DNA of 64,000 nucleotides from Candidatus Nitrospinota bacterium M3_3B_026 (GTDB taxonomy: Bacteria > Nitrospinota_A > UBA7883 > JBPRGF01). A program made the translations under genes and the position numbers. Below, piece by piece: positions 1 to 10,430 of this stretch; the stretch's first letter is position 1; each line of letters opens with the position of its first letter. The stretch lies in NCBI GenBank assembly GCA_051418015.1, contig JBPRGF010000029.1, forward strand, positions 128,001-192,000, written 5' to 3'. The notes under the pieces are model-generated. The model did not search any database. It saw nothing but the letters and a program-made list of their open reading frames with translations, and had not been told where the DNA came from.

Positions 1-482
1 CCCTTCCTGTCGCGGACCACCGGCGCGAGGACGTGTATCTTCGTCCCCTCGGGCAGGGCCGACACCTTGTCCACCATGCGCTGGACGGTCTGGCTCGATA
101 TCTCCCTTCCGCACTCGTGGCAGTGGACGACCCCCACCCGGGCGAACAGAAGCCGCATGTAGTCGTAGACCTCCGTCACCGTCCCGACGGTGGAGCGGGG
201 GTTCTTGCTGGTGGTCTTCTGCTCGATGGAGATGGCGGGCGACAGGCCCTCGATGTAGTCCACGTCCGGCTTTTCCATCAGCTCGAGGAACTGCCGGGCG
301 TAGGCCGACAGCGACTCCACGTACCGTCTCTGTCCTTCGGCGTAGATTGTGTCGAAGGCCAGCGAGGACTTGCCGGAGCCGGAAAGGCCGGTTACCACCA
401 CCAGCTTGTCCCTGGGGATGGCAAGATCGATGTCCTTGAGGTTGTGCTCCCGGGCGCCCTTGATGAGAATCTGGTCTTTCAT
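1..482 (-). CDS. uvrA: Excinuclease ABC subunit A, 5' part (runs off window)
   Basis: Minus-strand translation from ATG at 482: [59 protein letters not shown], the canonical UvrA N-terminus with Walker A; not in ORF track because it is truncated. Confidence 0.97.
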   Translation of the reverse strand, partial: MKDQILIKGAREHNLKDIDLAIPRDKLVVVTGLSGSGKSSLAFDTIYAEGQRRYVESLSAYARQFLELMEKPDVDYIEGLSPAISIEQKTTSKNPRSTVGTVTEVYDYMRLLFARVGVVHCHECGREISSQTVQRMVDKVSALPEGTKIHVLAPVVRDRK

Positions 483-552
483 CACGTCAAACGGCTGTAA
501 ATTTTTTAGTATACCAGCAACTCCGGGACGAGGGGAGAAGGGGGCGGCCGGT

Positions 553-610
553 TTGTCATTTCTGGCGGCGCGCGGCCAGTGTCATCCTGATCCACAGGCG
601 AAGGATCTCG
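553..610. repeat. Partial REP-like element, family A (TGTCAT...GCGAAGGATCTC)
   Basis: GTCATCCTGATCCACAGGCGAAGGATCTCG resembles the left arm of the copies at 5670, 41630 and 51282. Confidence 0.5.
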
Positions 611-640
611 GAGCCGCCGCCGGGCCGGGGCGAAGACGCC

Positions 641-1240
641 CTAGGCCACAAGCCAGAAGACGCCGACCGCTATCGCCGCCGAGGAGAGGCCCGAAAGCGA
701 CCAGCGGTACGCCCTCTCCGCGCCGCTCCACCGCGCCGTGACGGCCTCCACGGCCCAGGCGAACCCGGCCATGGCGGCGATGGAGCCCGCGCCGAAGGCG
801 ATGACGTAGAGAACCGCCTCCATGTTCGAGGGCGCCGCGAGAGCCGGAAGGACGCCGAGGAAGTGAGAGCTTCCCGCGATACCGTGCAGCGTCCCCACGC
901 CGAAGGCGGCGTGGGTATGGACGCCTTTCTCATGCCCGTGAGCGCGGGCCCGGCCCGAAAAGACCCTCAAAAAACCCCACACGCCTATCCACATGAGCAC
1001 AGCCCCCACGAGCCGCTCGCCCCAGGACGACAGCGCCTCCACCGGCAGGGCGCCTCTCATGGCAAGGGCGAGGGCCGCCACGAGCCAGACGCCTCCCGTA
1101 TGCCCTATCCCCCACGTCAGCCCCGCGAGCCATCCGCGCCGTCTTCCCTCCGTGGCCAGGGGGGCGACGGCGGCCAGGTGGTCCGGCCCGGAGAGGACGT
1201 GGACCAGCCCGGCGGCAAGCCCGGCGAGCGTGTAGAACAT
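641..1240 (-). CDS. Nickel transporter (UreH/SodT/NiCoT-like membrane protein)
   Basis: [17 protein letters not shown] and GTLHGIAG motifs, His-rich loop, about 6 hydrophobic helices; last gene of hydrogenase operon. Confidence 0.8.
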   Translation of the reverse strand: MFYTLAGLAAGLVHVLSGPDHLAAVAPLATEGRRRGWLAGLTWGIGHTGGVWLVAALALAMRGALPVEALSSWGERLVGAVLMWIGVWGFLRVFSGRARAHGHEKGVHTHAAFGVGTLHGIAGSSHFLGVLPALAAPSNMEAVLYVIAFGAGSIAAMAGFAWAVEAVTARWSGAERAYRWSLSGLSSAAIAVGVFWLVA

Positions 1241-1771
1241 CTACAATTCCCCTTTCGTTTTCTGTCCGGAATCTTGTGGAGTGGGCGCCGAGCCCATGGC
1301 GGCAAGCTCATCCACCGCCATCCGCGCAAGCTCGCCGATCCGCTTTTCCACCGTATCGGTGAGCCTCATCCCCGGCGTCGTCATGTCGCCGGGCTTCATC
1401 CCCAGGATGATAACACTGCGGGGAAGCCGCCCCGTGACCTGGGCTATCGCAAGGCATTCCATCACGCCGACGTCGTGGATGGACATCTTCTTCGGGATGA
1501 CCTTGCGGAAATCGTCCAGCGTGTGGCGATATAAAGTCCCCGGCTCGCCGGGGCCGTTCACGGCGTCCAGTATTACCAGGCTGTCGGCCTCCTCGATTAT
1601 CGGCAGCAGGCCCATCATGCCGGTCACGCCGCCGTCGTAGACCTCCACGTTTTCGGGAAAGTCGTACTCCGCCATCAGCCGCTCGGCGGCGCGGACGCCC
1701 AGCCCCTCGTCGGAGAGCAGGACGTTGCCCACGCCGATGACGGCTATCTGTCCTTTCGCGCCCTCGCCCAA
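1241..1771 (-). CDS. hyaD: Hydrogenase maturation endopeptidase (HyaD/HybD family)
   Basis: IAVIGVGNVLLSDEGLG, DGG, ILDAV, SIHD motifs; start set at TTG 1771 just after the cytochrome b stop (the longer ORF is an overextension). Confidence 0.92.
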   Translation of the reverse strand: MGEGAKGQIAVIGVGNVLLSDEGLGVRAAERLMAEYDFPENVEVYDGGVTGMMGLLPIIEEADSLVILDAVNGPGEPGTLYRHTLDDFRKVIPKKMSIHDVGVMECLAIAQVTGRLPRSVIILGMKPGDMTTPGMRLTDTVEKRIGELARMAVDELAAMGSAPTPQDSGQKTKGEL

Positions 1772-1773
1772 CG

Positions 1774-2463
1774 TCAGCGTATGTCCCTGTACTTGTAGCC
1801 GCCGACGATCTGGCCGATGTGCCCGTCCTGCCAGATGATCGTCTTGGTCACCTGCAGGTAGACGTGGACGATGATCCCTGCGAGCATTATCCACTGCGTC
1901 ATGTGATGGACGAGGCGGACGTTCTGGTCGCTTCCGAAAAGCCAGGTCACCCAGTCCGTCGTGGCGCGGATAAGCTGGGCCCACCAGTAGTCCGGCGCGA
2001 GGGCGTGGACATAGAGCTGGAACCCGGTGACCATCTGCAGGGCCATCAGCAGTATCAGCAGCAGGAACAAAAGCCCGTCGAGCGGGTCAAACCTGCGGTA
2101 GAAGGGGGGCTTTTCGAAGGTGAAGTAGCACTTCAAAACCCGCAGCGCTCCCCACAGCGTAGCCGGGGTGGGGAGCATGTCGCGCCAGTAGCGGTGATAG
2201 ACGCTCATGAAGGCAAGGTAGACCCAGACCATCAGCGCCACGTCCAGGACCATCGCGCCGAGAAAGTGCAGGTACCGGATGTCGGCCATGACCGTCGCCT
2301 GGTAGGCCTCCCCCTTGCCGTAGACCGCCGTCGGCTCGCCGATGTAGTAGCCGGTGACCATCAGGTCGATGACGGCGAAGAAGGTGATCCAGTGGATCAG
2401 CCTGTTGGTGAAGTTGCGCGTCACCACCAGCTGCTTTTTTTGCGGCGATATCAGTCTTTTCAT
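1774..2463 (-). CDS. hyaC: Ni/Fe-hydrogenase b-type cytochrome subunit (copy 2)
   Basis: Four TM helices with heme-ligand His in RLIHW, YLHF, LVHH, IVHVY. Confidence 0.9.
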   Translation of the reverse strand: MKRLISPQKKQLVVTRNFTNRLIHWITFFAVIDLMVTGYYIGEPTAVYGKGEAYQATVMADIRYLHFLGAMVLDVALMVWVYLAFMSVYHRYWRDMLPTPATLWGALRVLKCYFTFEKPPFYRRFDPLDGLLFLLLILLMALQMVTGFQLYVHALAPDYWWAQLIRATTDWVTWLFGSDQNVRLVHHMTQWIMLAGIIVHVYLQVTKTIIWQDGHIGQIVGGYKYRDIR

Positions 2464-2497
2464 GGCGAAGATACCCTGGAGGATTGCGTGGAAAGCT

Positions 2498-2732
2498 CTC
2501 CCTCTCCCCTTGAGGGAGAGGGCCGGGGTGAGGGGTTTCTTTTTATCCCCCTCCCCTTAATCCCCTCCCTCCAGGGGAGGGGACTTCCTTTGGCCGTTCC
2601 TTCAGCTTTTATTCGAGCGTCCACGCGCCGCTCCCTCAAAAAACCCTCCCGCCAGGGGAGGGGACGTTGTTGACAGTTGCGGGCGCGCGCGGGCCTCGGT
2701 CCCCGGCCCAAAAAGTCCCGCCGGGGAAGGGG
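2498..2732. repeat. Cluster of about 4 REP-like hairpins, family B (CCCTCTCCCCTTGAGGGAGAGGG / CCCTCCCnCCAGGGGAGGGG)
   Basis: Related palindromes at about 2498-2535, 2545-2584, 2644-2664 and 2717-2732 filling the large-subunit/cytochrome b gap. Confidence 0.75.
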
Positions 2733-2763
2733 ATATCTTTTGGGTTGCCTCATACTCCCTCCG

Positions 2764-4428
2764 CTATACCGCGCGGGCCTCGTACCTCTCGCCGCTTTCA
2801 GGGTCGATCACGTGCACCGAGCAGGCAAGGCACGGGTCGAACGAGTGTATGGTCCGCAGGATCTCCAGCGGCTGTTTCGGGTCGTGAACCGGCGTGCCGA
2901 TCAAAGACTCCTCGAAAGCCGACCGCAGCCCGTTCCGATCCCTCGGCGAGCCGTTCCACGTCGTCGGCACGACGAGTTGGTAGTTCTTTATCTTCTTGTC
3001 CTCTATCTCGATCCAGTGGCCGAGCGCCCCGCGCGGCGCCTCGGTCAACCCAAAACCCTTCGCCGAGGAGGGCATCTCGTACTCCGTGTAGGTCTCCAGA
3101 TCGCCCTTCTTGATGTTGCCGGCAAGCTCCATGAGCCAGTTCTCCATCTCGTCGGCGATGATCTTCGTCTCGATGGCCCGCGCCGCCGTGCGCCCCAGGG
3201 TGGAGAAGAGTATCTCCGGCCCCAGCCCGAGCCTGCCCAGCAGGCCGTTGACCTGCTCGACCGTAGCCTCGTGGCCGGAGACGTAGTTGACCAGCATCCT
3301 TGAGAGCGGCCCCACCTCCATCGGCGCCCCGTCGTAGCGCGGCGTCTTCAGCCAGGAGTACTTGCCCCCCTCGGCGCCGGTCTCCATCCCCGTGTACCAG
3401 GGGTTGGTCTGCCCCACGCTTGGATGCAGCGGCCCGTCGGTGTCGTACTTGTACCAGGCGTTTGTGACATCCTCGGTGATCTTGTCCACGTCCACCTGGT
3501 GGACCTTCGTCAGGTCGCGGTCTTTTATGTAACCCCTCGGGAACCACAGATTGCCCGGCTCATCGCCCCCGGCCTGGGGGAACATGCCGTAGGAGAGGTA
3601 GTTTGAAAGGCCGCCGCCCAGCCCCGCCCAGTCCAGGTAAAAAGGCGCCACGGCGATCACGTCGGGGATGTAGACGTTGTCGATGAACTCCTTCGCCTCC
3701 TTCACTATATAGAGGAACTCGCCGATCCTGTCGGCGTTAAGGTCGCTCACGCAGGTGACGCCGCCGACGGTGTAGGTCTGGATGTGCGGGTTCTTGGCGC
3801 CGAAGATGGCGTGCAGACGGGCGATCTTGCTCTGGATCGCGAGCGCGTCGAGGTAGTGCGCCACGGCCATCAGGTTCGCCTCCGGCGGCAGCTTGTAGGC
3901 CGGGTGGCCCCAGTAGCCGTTCGTGAAGGGGCCGAGCTGGCCGGAATCGACGAATTTCTTGAGCTTGTCCTGGACGGCCTTAAAATCCCCCGCCCCGCTC
4001 TTCGGAGACTTCGGGTTCACGGACACGGCGAGCTCGGAGGTCTTCCTCGGGTCCGCCGACAGGGCCGACACCACGTCCACCCAGTCGAGGGCGTGCAGGT
4101 GGTAGAAATGCACCGGGTGGTCGTGCAGGTACTGTGCGGCGTGGATCAGGTTGCGGACGATCCGGGCGTTACCGGGTATCTTTATCCCGATGGCGTCCTC
4201 CACGCATTTCACCGACGCCAGGGCGTGCACCTCCGTGCAGACGCCGCAGACACGCTGGGCGATGATCCAGGCGTCCCGCGGGTCGCGCCCTTTCATGAAA
4301 ACCTCGAACCCACGCCAGAGCGTTCCGGAGCTCCAGGCGTCTTTCACCGCGCCGTTCTCGAGCTCTATCTCGACTCGCAGGTGTCCCTCTATCCTCGTTA
4401 TGGGGTCTATTACGTGACGCTGGCCCAT
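2764..4428 (-). CDS. hyaB: Group 1 [NiFe] hydrogenase large subunit
   Basis: IDPITRIEGH, L1 QRVCGVCTEVH, EAPRGALGHW, L2 SFDPCLACSVH followed by cleavable C-terminal tail. Confidence 0.97.
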   Translation of the reverse strand: MGQRHVIDPITRIEGHLRVEIELENGAVKDAWSSGTLWRGFEVFMKGRDPRDAWIIAQRVCGVCTEVHALASVKCVEDAIGIKIPGNARIVRNLIHAAQYLHDHPVHFYHLHALDWVDVVSALSADPRKTSELAVSVNPKSPKSGAGDFKAVQDKLKKFVDSGQLGPFTNGYWGHPAYKLPPEANLMAVAHYLDALAIQSKIARLHAIFGAKNPHIQTYTVGGVTCVSDLNADRIGEFLYIVKEAKEFIDNVYIPDVIAVAPFYLDWAGLGGGLSNYLSYGMFPQAGGDEPGNLWFPRGYIKDRDLTKVHQVDVDKITEDVTNAWYKYDTDGPLHPSVGQTNPWYTGMETGAEGGKYSWLKTPRYDGAPMEVGPLSRMLVNYVSGHEATVEQVNGLLGRLGLGPEILFSTLGRTAARAIETKIIADEMENWLMELAGNIKKGDLETYTEYEMPSSAKGFGLTEAPRGALGHWIEIEDKKIKNYQLVVPTTWNGSPRDRNGLRSAFEESLIGTPVHDPKQPLEILRTIHSFDPCLACSVHVIDPESGERYEARAV

Positions 4429-4431
4429 GGT

Positions 4432-5562
4432 CTAGTCCTCTTCCTTTCTCAGTGTGGGATCGAACTTTTTTCTGTTGGCGAAGGTGTAGACCGCGTGCGC
4501 CGCCGCCCCCGCCGCCGCCGCGCCGACAAGGGTGAACCCGACCTTGTCCGCCGAGGCCTCCACCCCCGGCAGCCTCACGTCCGGCAGACGCTCGTAGAAG
4601 GGCTGCATGTTGTCCCAGAAATGGGGCTCCGAACAGCCCACGCACCCGTGCCCGCCCTTGACGGGCCACGACGTCCCGTCGTTGTACTCCACCAGCGAGC
4701 AGTTGTGATAGGTCTGCGGCCCTTTGCAGCCGACCTTGTACAGGCACCAGTTGCGCTTCGCCCCCTCGTCGCCGAACCTCTCCACGAACTGCCCCGCGTC
4801 GAAATGCGCCCGGCGGGGGCAATGGTCGTGTATCCTCTTGCCGAAAGCGAAAAGGGGCCTGCCGTACTTGTCCGTGGGGGGCAGGGAGCCGAGCAGGAGG
4901 TAATTGACGATCACGGCGACGGAGTTGACGGGGTTGTGGGGGCATCCGGGAACCTTCAGCGTGGGGACGCCGATCGCCTCCTCCACCCCCTTGGCGCCCG
5001 TCGGGTTGGGCCGTTGCGCCTGCACTCCGCCGAAGCTCGAGCATGTGCCCACGCACATGACCGCGAAAGCCTCCGAGCATACCTCACGGGCGAGGTCTAT
5101 CCCCCGCTTACCGCCGATGGTCAGGTAGTCGCCCGGTTTGGCGCCGGGGCCGGGGGGCGCGGCGGTGGGGATGGCCCCTTCGCAGACTGCGATGTATTTG
5201 CCCTTGTTGTCGGCCACCGCCTGGGCCAGGGCCTCCTCGGCGGCGTGGCCGGAGGCGGCCATGATCGTCTCGTGGTAGTCGATGGAGAGGATGTTCAGGA
5301 CCAGCTCCTCCGTGGAGGGGTGGGTCGACCGGATGAAAGCCTCCGTGTCCGCCGTGCACTCGGCGAAATGCAGCCATATGACGGAAGGGCGCCGCGCCGC
5401 TCCCTCCACGGCCTCGGCTATCCTCGGGATCCAGGAGGCCGAAAGTCCCAGCACGGCCGCCATCCGCGCGCAGAAACTCATAAACTCCCGCCTGTCCAGG
5501 CTCTCCAGCGCTTTTATCTTCTCATCCGGCCCGGCCCCCAAAGGCTCCTGCGTTCGGCACAT
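4432..5562 (-). CDS. hyaA: [NiFe] hydrogenase small subunit, Tat-exported, C-terminal membrane anchor
   Basis: Tat motif DRREFMSFC; FeS ligands ECTAD, GTC, PGCP, HDHC, CLYKVGC, NC, WP..GHGCVGC; C-terminal TM helix with His. Confidence 0.96.
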   Translation of the reverse strand: MCRTQEPLGAGPDEKIKALESLDRREFMSFCARMAAVLGLSASWIPRIAEAVEGAARRPSVIWLHFAECTADTEAFIRSTHPSTEELVLNILSIDYHETIMAASGHAAEEALAQAVADNKGKYIAVCEGAIPTAAPPGPGAKPGDYLTIGGKRGIDLAREVCSEAFAVMCVGTCSSFGGVQAQRPNPTGAKGVEEAIGVPTLKVPGCPHNPVNSVAVIVNYLLLGSLPPTDKYGRPLFAFGKRIHDHCPRRAHFDAGQFVERFGDEGAKRNWCLYKVGCKGPQTYHNCSLVEYNDGTSWPVKGGHGCVGCSEPHFWDNMQPFYERLPDVRLPGVEASADKVGFTLVGAAAAGAAAHAVYTFANRKKFDPTLRKEED

Positions 5563-5647
5563 GGCGTCCCTCCGATGTTGAAAACGATGAACCGTGTATT
5601 TCGATAAAGCTCTCTTTTTCTGTTTTCTCCAGCATCGCGCTCCGCAA

Positions 5648-5764
5648 TGTCATGCTGAAGCCACACGGCGTCATTCTGAGCCGAAGGCGAAGAATCTCGT
5701 CGTTCTATCCGGCGCGAGATGCTTCGCTTCGCTCAGCATGACAAAAGAGCGGCTCAGAATGACA
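5648..5764. repeat. Compound REP-like palindrome, family A
   Basis: TGTCATGCTGA(5648)/TCAGCATGACA(5733) and GTCATTCTGAGCCG(5670)/CGGCTCAGAATGAC(5750) inverted pairs around GCGAAGAATCTCG...CGAGATGCTTCGC. Confidence 0.85.
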
Positions 5765-5806
5765 TTTTGCCGCCTTTCCCAACAAACCTCCCGAAAACCG
5801 CGCCAG

Positions 5807-6601
5807 TCACTCCCTGGCCTCTATCATCACCTTCGATTCTCTTTCCATCTCCTCGGCCGCCGGGGGCTTATCCTCGCGATGGAGGCCGTAATAGTCGGCG
5901 AAATGGCCGATCTGGCTTATCGGGAATATTTTGTAGCCCGCGATGATCGAGGATATGTCCGATTCCGTGAAGACGCTGTTTTTCCATATCTGCATATAGA
6001 CGTGGATCAGGACGACGAAGATCAGAAGATACATCGTCAGGTGGTGTATGAGCCGTATGTTCTGCTGGCCGCCAAGAAGGCCATCCAGCGCCGAGCCCAT
6101 GGCCCAGCCCCACGTCCTCTCGCTCGCCCCGGGTAAAAAGAGCAGAAAACCGGTGACCGCCAGGACGAACATGAAGACCGCCATCAAAAAAATCCCGATC
6201 CCCCCCAGGGGGTTGACGAACCGGTAATGGGCGCTCCCGCCCCGCAGGGTGAGGAAAAACCAGCCGAGTTTCACGGCGTTTATTATGTTCCTCGGCGTGG
6301 GGATGAACTGTTTTATGTCCCTGTTGCAGGACTCCGTGAAGGAAAGATAAAACCGCGCCAACAGGCAGACGATCAGCGCCGTCGCGGCGATGAAATGGTA
6401 AAGCCGCATCTCGGCCATGGCGAAAGAGTCAAAAGCCTCGCCCCGGCCAAGGTAGTAGACGGGCCAGGCGATGTAAAAGCCCGTGACGGTGAGTGTAACG
6501 ACGGAGAGGAAAAGGACCCAGTGGATGACGCAGGCGAGGATGGACCTGGTCCTGACAACGAGATATATTTCCTCGTCCCTCGCCGCCGGGGCTTCGGCCA
6601 T
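5807..6601 (-). CDS. hyaC: Ni/Fe-hydrogenase b-type cytochrome subunit (copy 1)
   Basis: VIHW, LYHF, NPLG, LIHH, LIHVY motifs; ATG 6601 preceded by GGAGG. Confidence 0.88.
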   Translation of the reverse strand: MAEAPAARDEEIYLVVRTRSILACVIHWVLFLSVVTLTVTGFYIAWPVYYLGRGEAFDSFAMAEMRLYHFIAATALIVCLLARFYLSFTESCNRDIKQFIPTPRNIINAVKLGWFFLTLRGGSAHYRFVNPLGGIGIFLMAVFMFVLAVTGFLLFLPGASERTWGWAMGSALDGLLGGQQNIRLIHHLTMYLLIFVVLIHVYMQIWKNSVFTESDISSIIAGYKIFPISQIGHFADYYGLHREDKPPAAEEMERESKVMIEARE

Positions 6602-6749
6602 AACGATCCTCCCCCAAACCACATGCGCCGCGTAACCGCTTTAACAAAATATAAACCCTCTTCACCGCTCACGCAAACAAAAGATGGACTGTTTTTGGCG
6701 TGAGCGCGTGGGGTATGTCTTCGCGGACCCGCGCGGGCCGGGGGCTCTC

Positions 6750-8183
6750 TCAGTCCGTGCCCTGGATTATGGCTCTCAGCCTTTCTATGATGGCGTGAAG
6801 CTGGTCCACCTGGCCCGACAGGCTCTCGGCGGCGGCGGCCGTCTGCTCCGACGTGGCGGCGTTGGCCTGCGTGGCCTTGTCCATCTCGGTGACGGCCTTG
6901 TTGATCTGGCTGACCCCCACGGCTTGTTCGCTGCTGCCCTCGGTGATGCTCCTGACCGACTCCGCCACGTCCTCGGCGGCCCCGGCTATCTTGTTGAGCG
7001 ACTCGTCCACGAGGTTGACGAGCCTGGCGCCTTCGCGGGAGCTTTTGTCGGCCGCGTCGATGAGGTCCACGGTGTCCTTCAGCGCCGTGCCCGTGCGGAC
7101 GGCCAGGTTTCTCACCTCCTCGGCCACCACCGCAAAGCCCTTCCCGTGCTCTCCGGCCCGCGCCGCCTCCACCGCGGCGTTCAGGGCCAGCAGATTGGTC
7201 TGGAAGGCTATCTCCTGTATGACCTTTATGATGTCGGTGATCTTGTTGGTGTTCCTGGAGATGTCGCCCATGGCGGAGACCGTCTCGCTCATGGCGCCGC
7301 GCCCCTCGGAGACGAGGCGGTTGACGTCGCTCATCAATTTCTCGGTGTTCTTGGCCCCTCCGGCGTTTTTCTCCGCCGCGTCGGAAAGTTGCGAGAGCGT
7401 GGCCGAGGTCTCCTCCAGGGAGGCCGCCTGCTCCGTCGTCGACTCGGCCAGGGCGCGGCTGGCGTCCGCTATTTGCCGGGAGGCGCCCTCCACACTGTCG
7501 GAGTTCTCTTTGAGCTGGCCCGTTATTCTCCTGAGCACCCTGTTCACGCTCCTGCTGGTAACCAGCGCCACCAGGCCGATGATGACGGCCAGCTCGATGA
7601 TGGAGTTGATGATCATCTTTACGATGTCGCCCGATACCTGCTCGTCGATCTCTTTCATCGATATGAGCATGCTCATGCCGCCGTTGACATCGCCCTCCTG
7701 CGCATCGTGGCAGTCGAGACAGTTTATGACTCCGCCGCGGTTCGTTGACACGATGAAGGGGACGACGGCGCGGAAGTATCTTTCGTCCTCCCTTTCAACG
7801 GTAGAGAAGGCCGGTTTTCCCGTCCGCAGGACTTCGTAGTCCAGCTCGTCCACCGGCTGTTCTCCCTCGTGCCCGGCGCCGAACTGGTCAACGACGGTCT
7901 GGCTCCTGAAGACCCGTATCTCCGACAGACCGGACGTCGTGGCCTTCACGAGGTTCAGGAACATGTCCCGCTCGTCGATGGTACCCTGTATCATCATGGT
8001 GTTGAGGGAGCTTAGAACCGTCTCCGCGACGCCGAGGGCGAAGGTCTTGGATTCCTTCACGGCGAGGCTACGCTGCTTGTTTACGTACCAGAATATGTTT
8101 ACGATCGATACGGCCGTGAAGATGATGGCGAGGACGAGGATCAGCTTTGTGCCAAGGGCCCGCCTTTTGAACCACTCAGTCAT
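6750..8183 (-). CDS. Methyl-accepting chemotaxis protein with periplasmic c-type heme motif
   Basis: Two TM helices, periplasmic CLDCH just before TM2, signalling hairpin [37 protein letters not shown]. Confidence 0.93.
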   Translation of the reverse strand: MTEWFKRRALGTKLILVLAIIFTAVSIVNIFWYVNKQRSLAVKESKTFALGVAETVLSSLNTMMIQGTIDERDMFLNLVKATTSGLSEIRVFRSQTVVDQFGAGHEGEQPVDELDYEVLRTGKPAFSTVEREDERYFRAVVPFIVSTNRGGVINCLDCHDAQEGDVNGGMSMLISMKEIDEQVSGDIVKMIINSIIELAVIIGLVALVTSRSVNRVLRRITGQLKENSDSVEGASRQIADASRALAESTTEQAASLEETSATLSQLSDAAEKNAGGAKNTEKLMSDVNRLVSEGRGAMSETVSAMGDISRNTNKITDIIKVIQEIAFQTNLLALNAAVEAARAGEHGKGFAVVAEEVRNLAVRTGTALKDTVDLIDAADKSSREGARLVNLVDESLNKIAGAAEDVAESVRSITEGSSEQAVGVSQINKAVTEMDKATQANAATSEQTAAAAESLSGQVDQLHAIIERLRAIIQGTD

Positions 8184-8366
8184 AAAGGAGTTGTTCCGGC
8201 AGATGATTTACAATCGCAACGACCGTGTTTCCCCTATTAAGAGAACAACGGGGCGCGCCGCCGCGCGCCGCCAGCTTGTGTGCCATTGTAACATACTGCG
8301 TGGAAGTGGAATACGTTTTATGAGGATTTTTAAAATCTACCATGTAAACAGTTCCGGCGGGCGGCC

Positions 8367-9143
8367 GTGACGAAAGCGAAAGCGCCGGTAATAGGCGTAA
8401 CCGCGGATACCAGCGAGGACGGCGCGTCCGTTATGGAAGGGTTCGGGGGCCGGGCTGTCTTCTGGCTCAAGAAAAGCTACACGGAAGCCGTGGAGGCCGC
8501 GGGAGGGCTGCCCGTCATCATCCCCGCCTCCGGCCCGCCCGCGAAGGCGGCGCGGTACCTGGACATGATCGATGGCCTTATCATCTCCGGCGGCCATTTT
8601 GACATAGACCCCGCGCTTTACGGAGAGGCGCCCCATCCGAAGACCGGCCCCTTGAAGCCCGCGAGGACGGCGATGGAGATAAAAATTTTCAGGGCGGCGG
8701 TCAAACGGGGAATGCCGGTCCTGGGGATATGCGGCGGGGCGCAGGTCATGAGCGTGGCGATGGGCGGGAGCCTGTACCAGAGCATCCCGGACCAGCTCGA
8801 AGGCGCGATCCCCCACGAGGCGCCGAATCCGGAGCGGCCTTGCCATCCGGCGCGGGTGGACGAGGGATCGTTGCTTGGAAAAATCGCGGGGCGGGAGAGC
8901 TTGAGCGTGAACTCCACCCATCATCAGGGGATAAAAAGGCCCGGCAGGGGTTTTGTCGCTTGCGCCGTGGCCCCGGACGGGCTGATCGAGGCGGTGGAGG
9001 CGAGGCGGCCCGGCGGCTTCCTGCTTGGCGTCCAGTGGCACCCGGAGGCGCTTTTCGAGACGGACGAGGTCAGCCGCCGGATTTTCAGAAGGCTTGCGGC
9101 CGAAAGCGCGAAATACGGAAAAGGCGATCGCGCAAGGGACTGA
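8367..9143 (+). CDS. Gamma-glutamyl-gamma-aminobutyrate hydrolase family (peptidase C26, PuuD-like)
   Basis: PVIGVT, GLIISGG, LGICGGAQ, VNSTHHQ, GVQWHPE class I glutamine amidotransferase motifs. Confidence 0.9.
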   Translation: MTKAKAPVIGVTADTSEDGASVMEGFGGRAVFWLKKSYTEAVEAAGGLPVIIPASGPPAKAARYLDMIDGLIISGGHFDIDPALYGEAPHPKTGPLKPARTAMEIKIFRAAVKRGMPVLGICGGAQVMSVAMGGSLYQSIPDQLEGAIPHEAPNPERPCHPARVDEGSLLGKIAGRESLSVNSTHHQGIKRPGRGFVACAVAPDGLIEAVEARRPGGFLLGVQWHPEALFETDEVSRRIFRRLAAESAKYGKGDRARD

Positions 9144-9153
9144 AAAGGCGTCC

Positions 9154-9486
9154 TTACATACCCCAGCGCCTGCGCCACCAGTCGAAATAATCGGACTCGG
9201 ACATGACCTCGGCCTCCTCGCCGCCGGACGGGGGGTCGAGCGGAGCGTCAGCGCCCTTGACCAGGGTCGAATAGGCGTTGCTCACGTTCACGAAACGGGC
9301 CGCCGCCTCCGGGTCGCCCGGGTTCCTGTCGGGATGGAGCCTCAGCGCCTTTTTTCTGAACGCCCTGCGTATCTGCTCCATGTCCGCGCCCGGGGGCGCG
9401 CCGATGATCTTTCGGGCCAGAGCCTCCCGGCGCATCCTCGCCGCCCGCCACTGTGAAAACGGATCGTCTTTCATCGTTGAATACAT
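9154..9486 (-). CDS. Small DnaJ (J-domain) protein
   Basis: IRRAFRKKALRLHPDRNPGD...F..V..AY..L. Confidence 0.85.
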   Translation of the reverse strand: MYSTMKDDPFSQWRAARMRREALARKIIGAPPGADMEQIRRAFRKKALRLHPDRNPGDPEAAARFVNVSNAYSTLVKGADAPLDPPSGGEEAEVMSESDYFDWWRRRWGM

Positions 9487-9643
9487 ACTATAGATGACGC
9501 TTATCTTAAATTCTAGCGCGACGGAGCGCGGGAAGGAAGGGGCCCTTGATCGGGCGCGGGGCCCTGTGTTATTTTTCCAAAATTCAGCAGGAGCGCCTCA
9601 TGAAGCCGTTGGCAACGTTTAGACGATTCGCGCCGGGACGCTC

Positions 9644-10383
<740 letters not shown>

Positions 10384-10421
10384 TTACTTGCTGGCGCGGC
10401 GCCTCCGGTGTACATGGGCCG

Positions 10422-10430
10422 ATTATATCA
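10422..10430 (-). promoter_or_regulatory. Extended -10 promoter (TGnTATAAT) for glnB
   Basis: Minus strand reads TGATATAAT about 80 nt upstream of the glnB start. Confidence 0.55.

Noticed and set aside
2460..2753. 97-aa ORF between hydrogenase genes
   Set aside because: Translation (PLPWREG, PSPRPSP) is just the product of the REP-like repeats
2815..2845. Possible [NiFeSe] hydrogenase
   Set aside because: The L2 motif uses TGC (DPCLAC), not TGA
3784..5607. Long antisense ORFs (also 37004-38491, 51615-52922, 53331-55286 and many shorter)
   Set aside because: Typical stop-poor shadow frames of GC-rich genes whose opposite strand has clear family motifs
8270..8285. Sigma54 promoter for the MCP (TGGCAC on minus strand)
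   Set aside because: The -12 GC is displaced by one base from the required spacing
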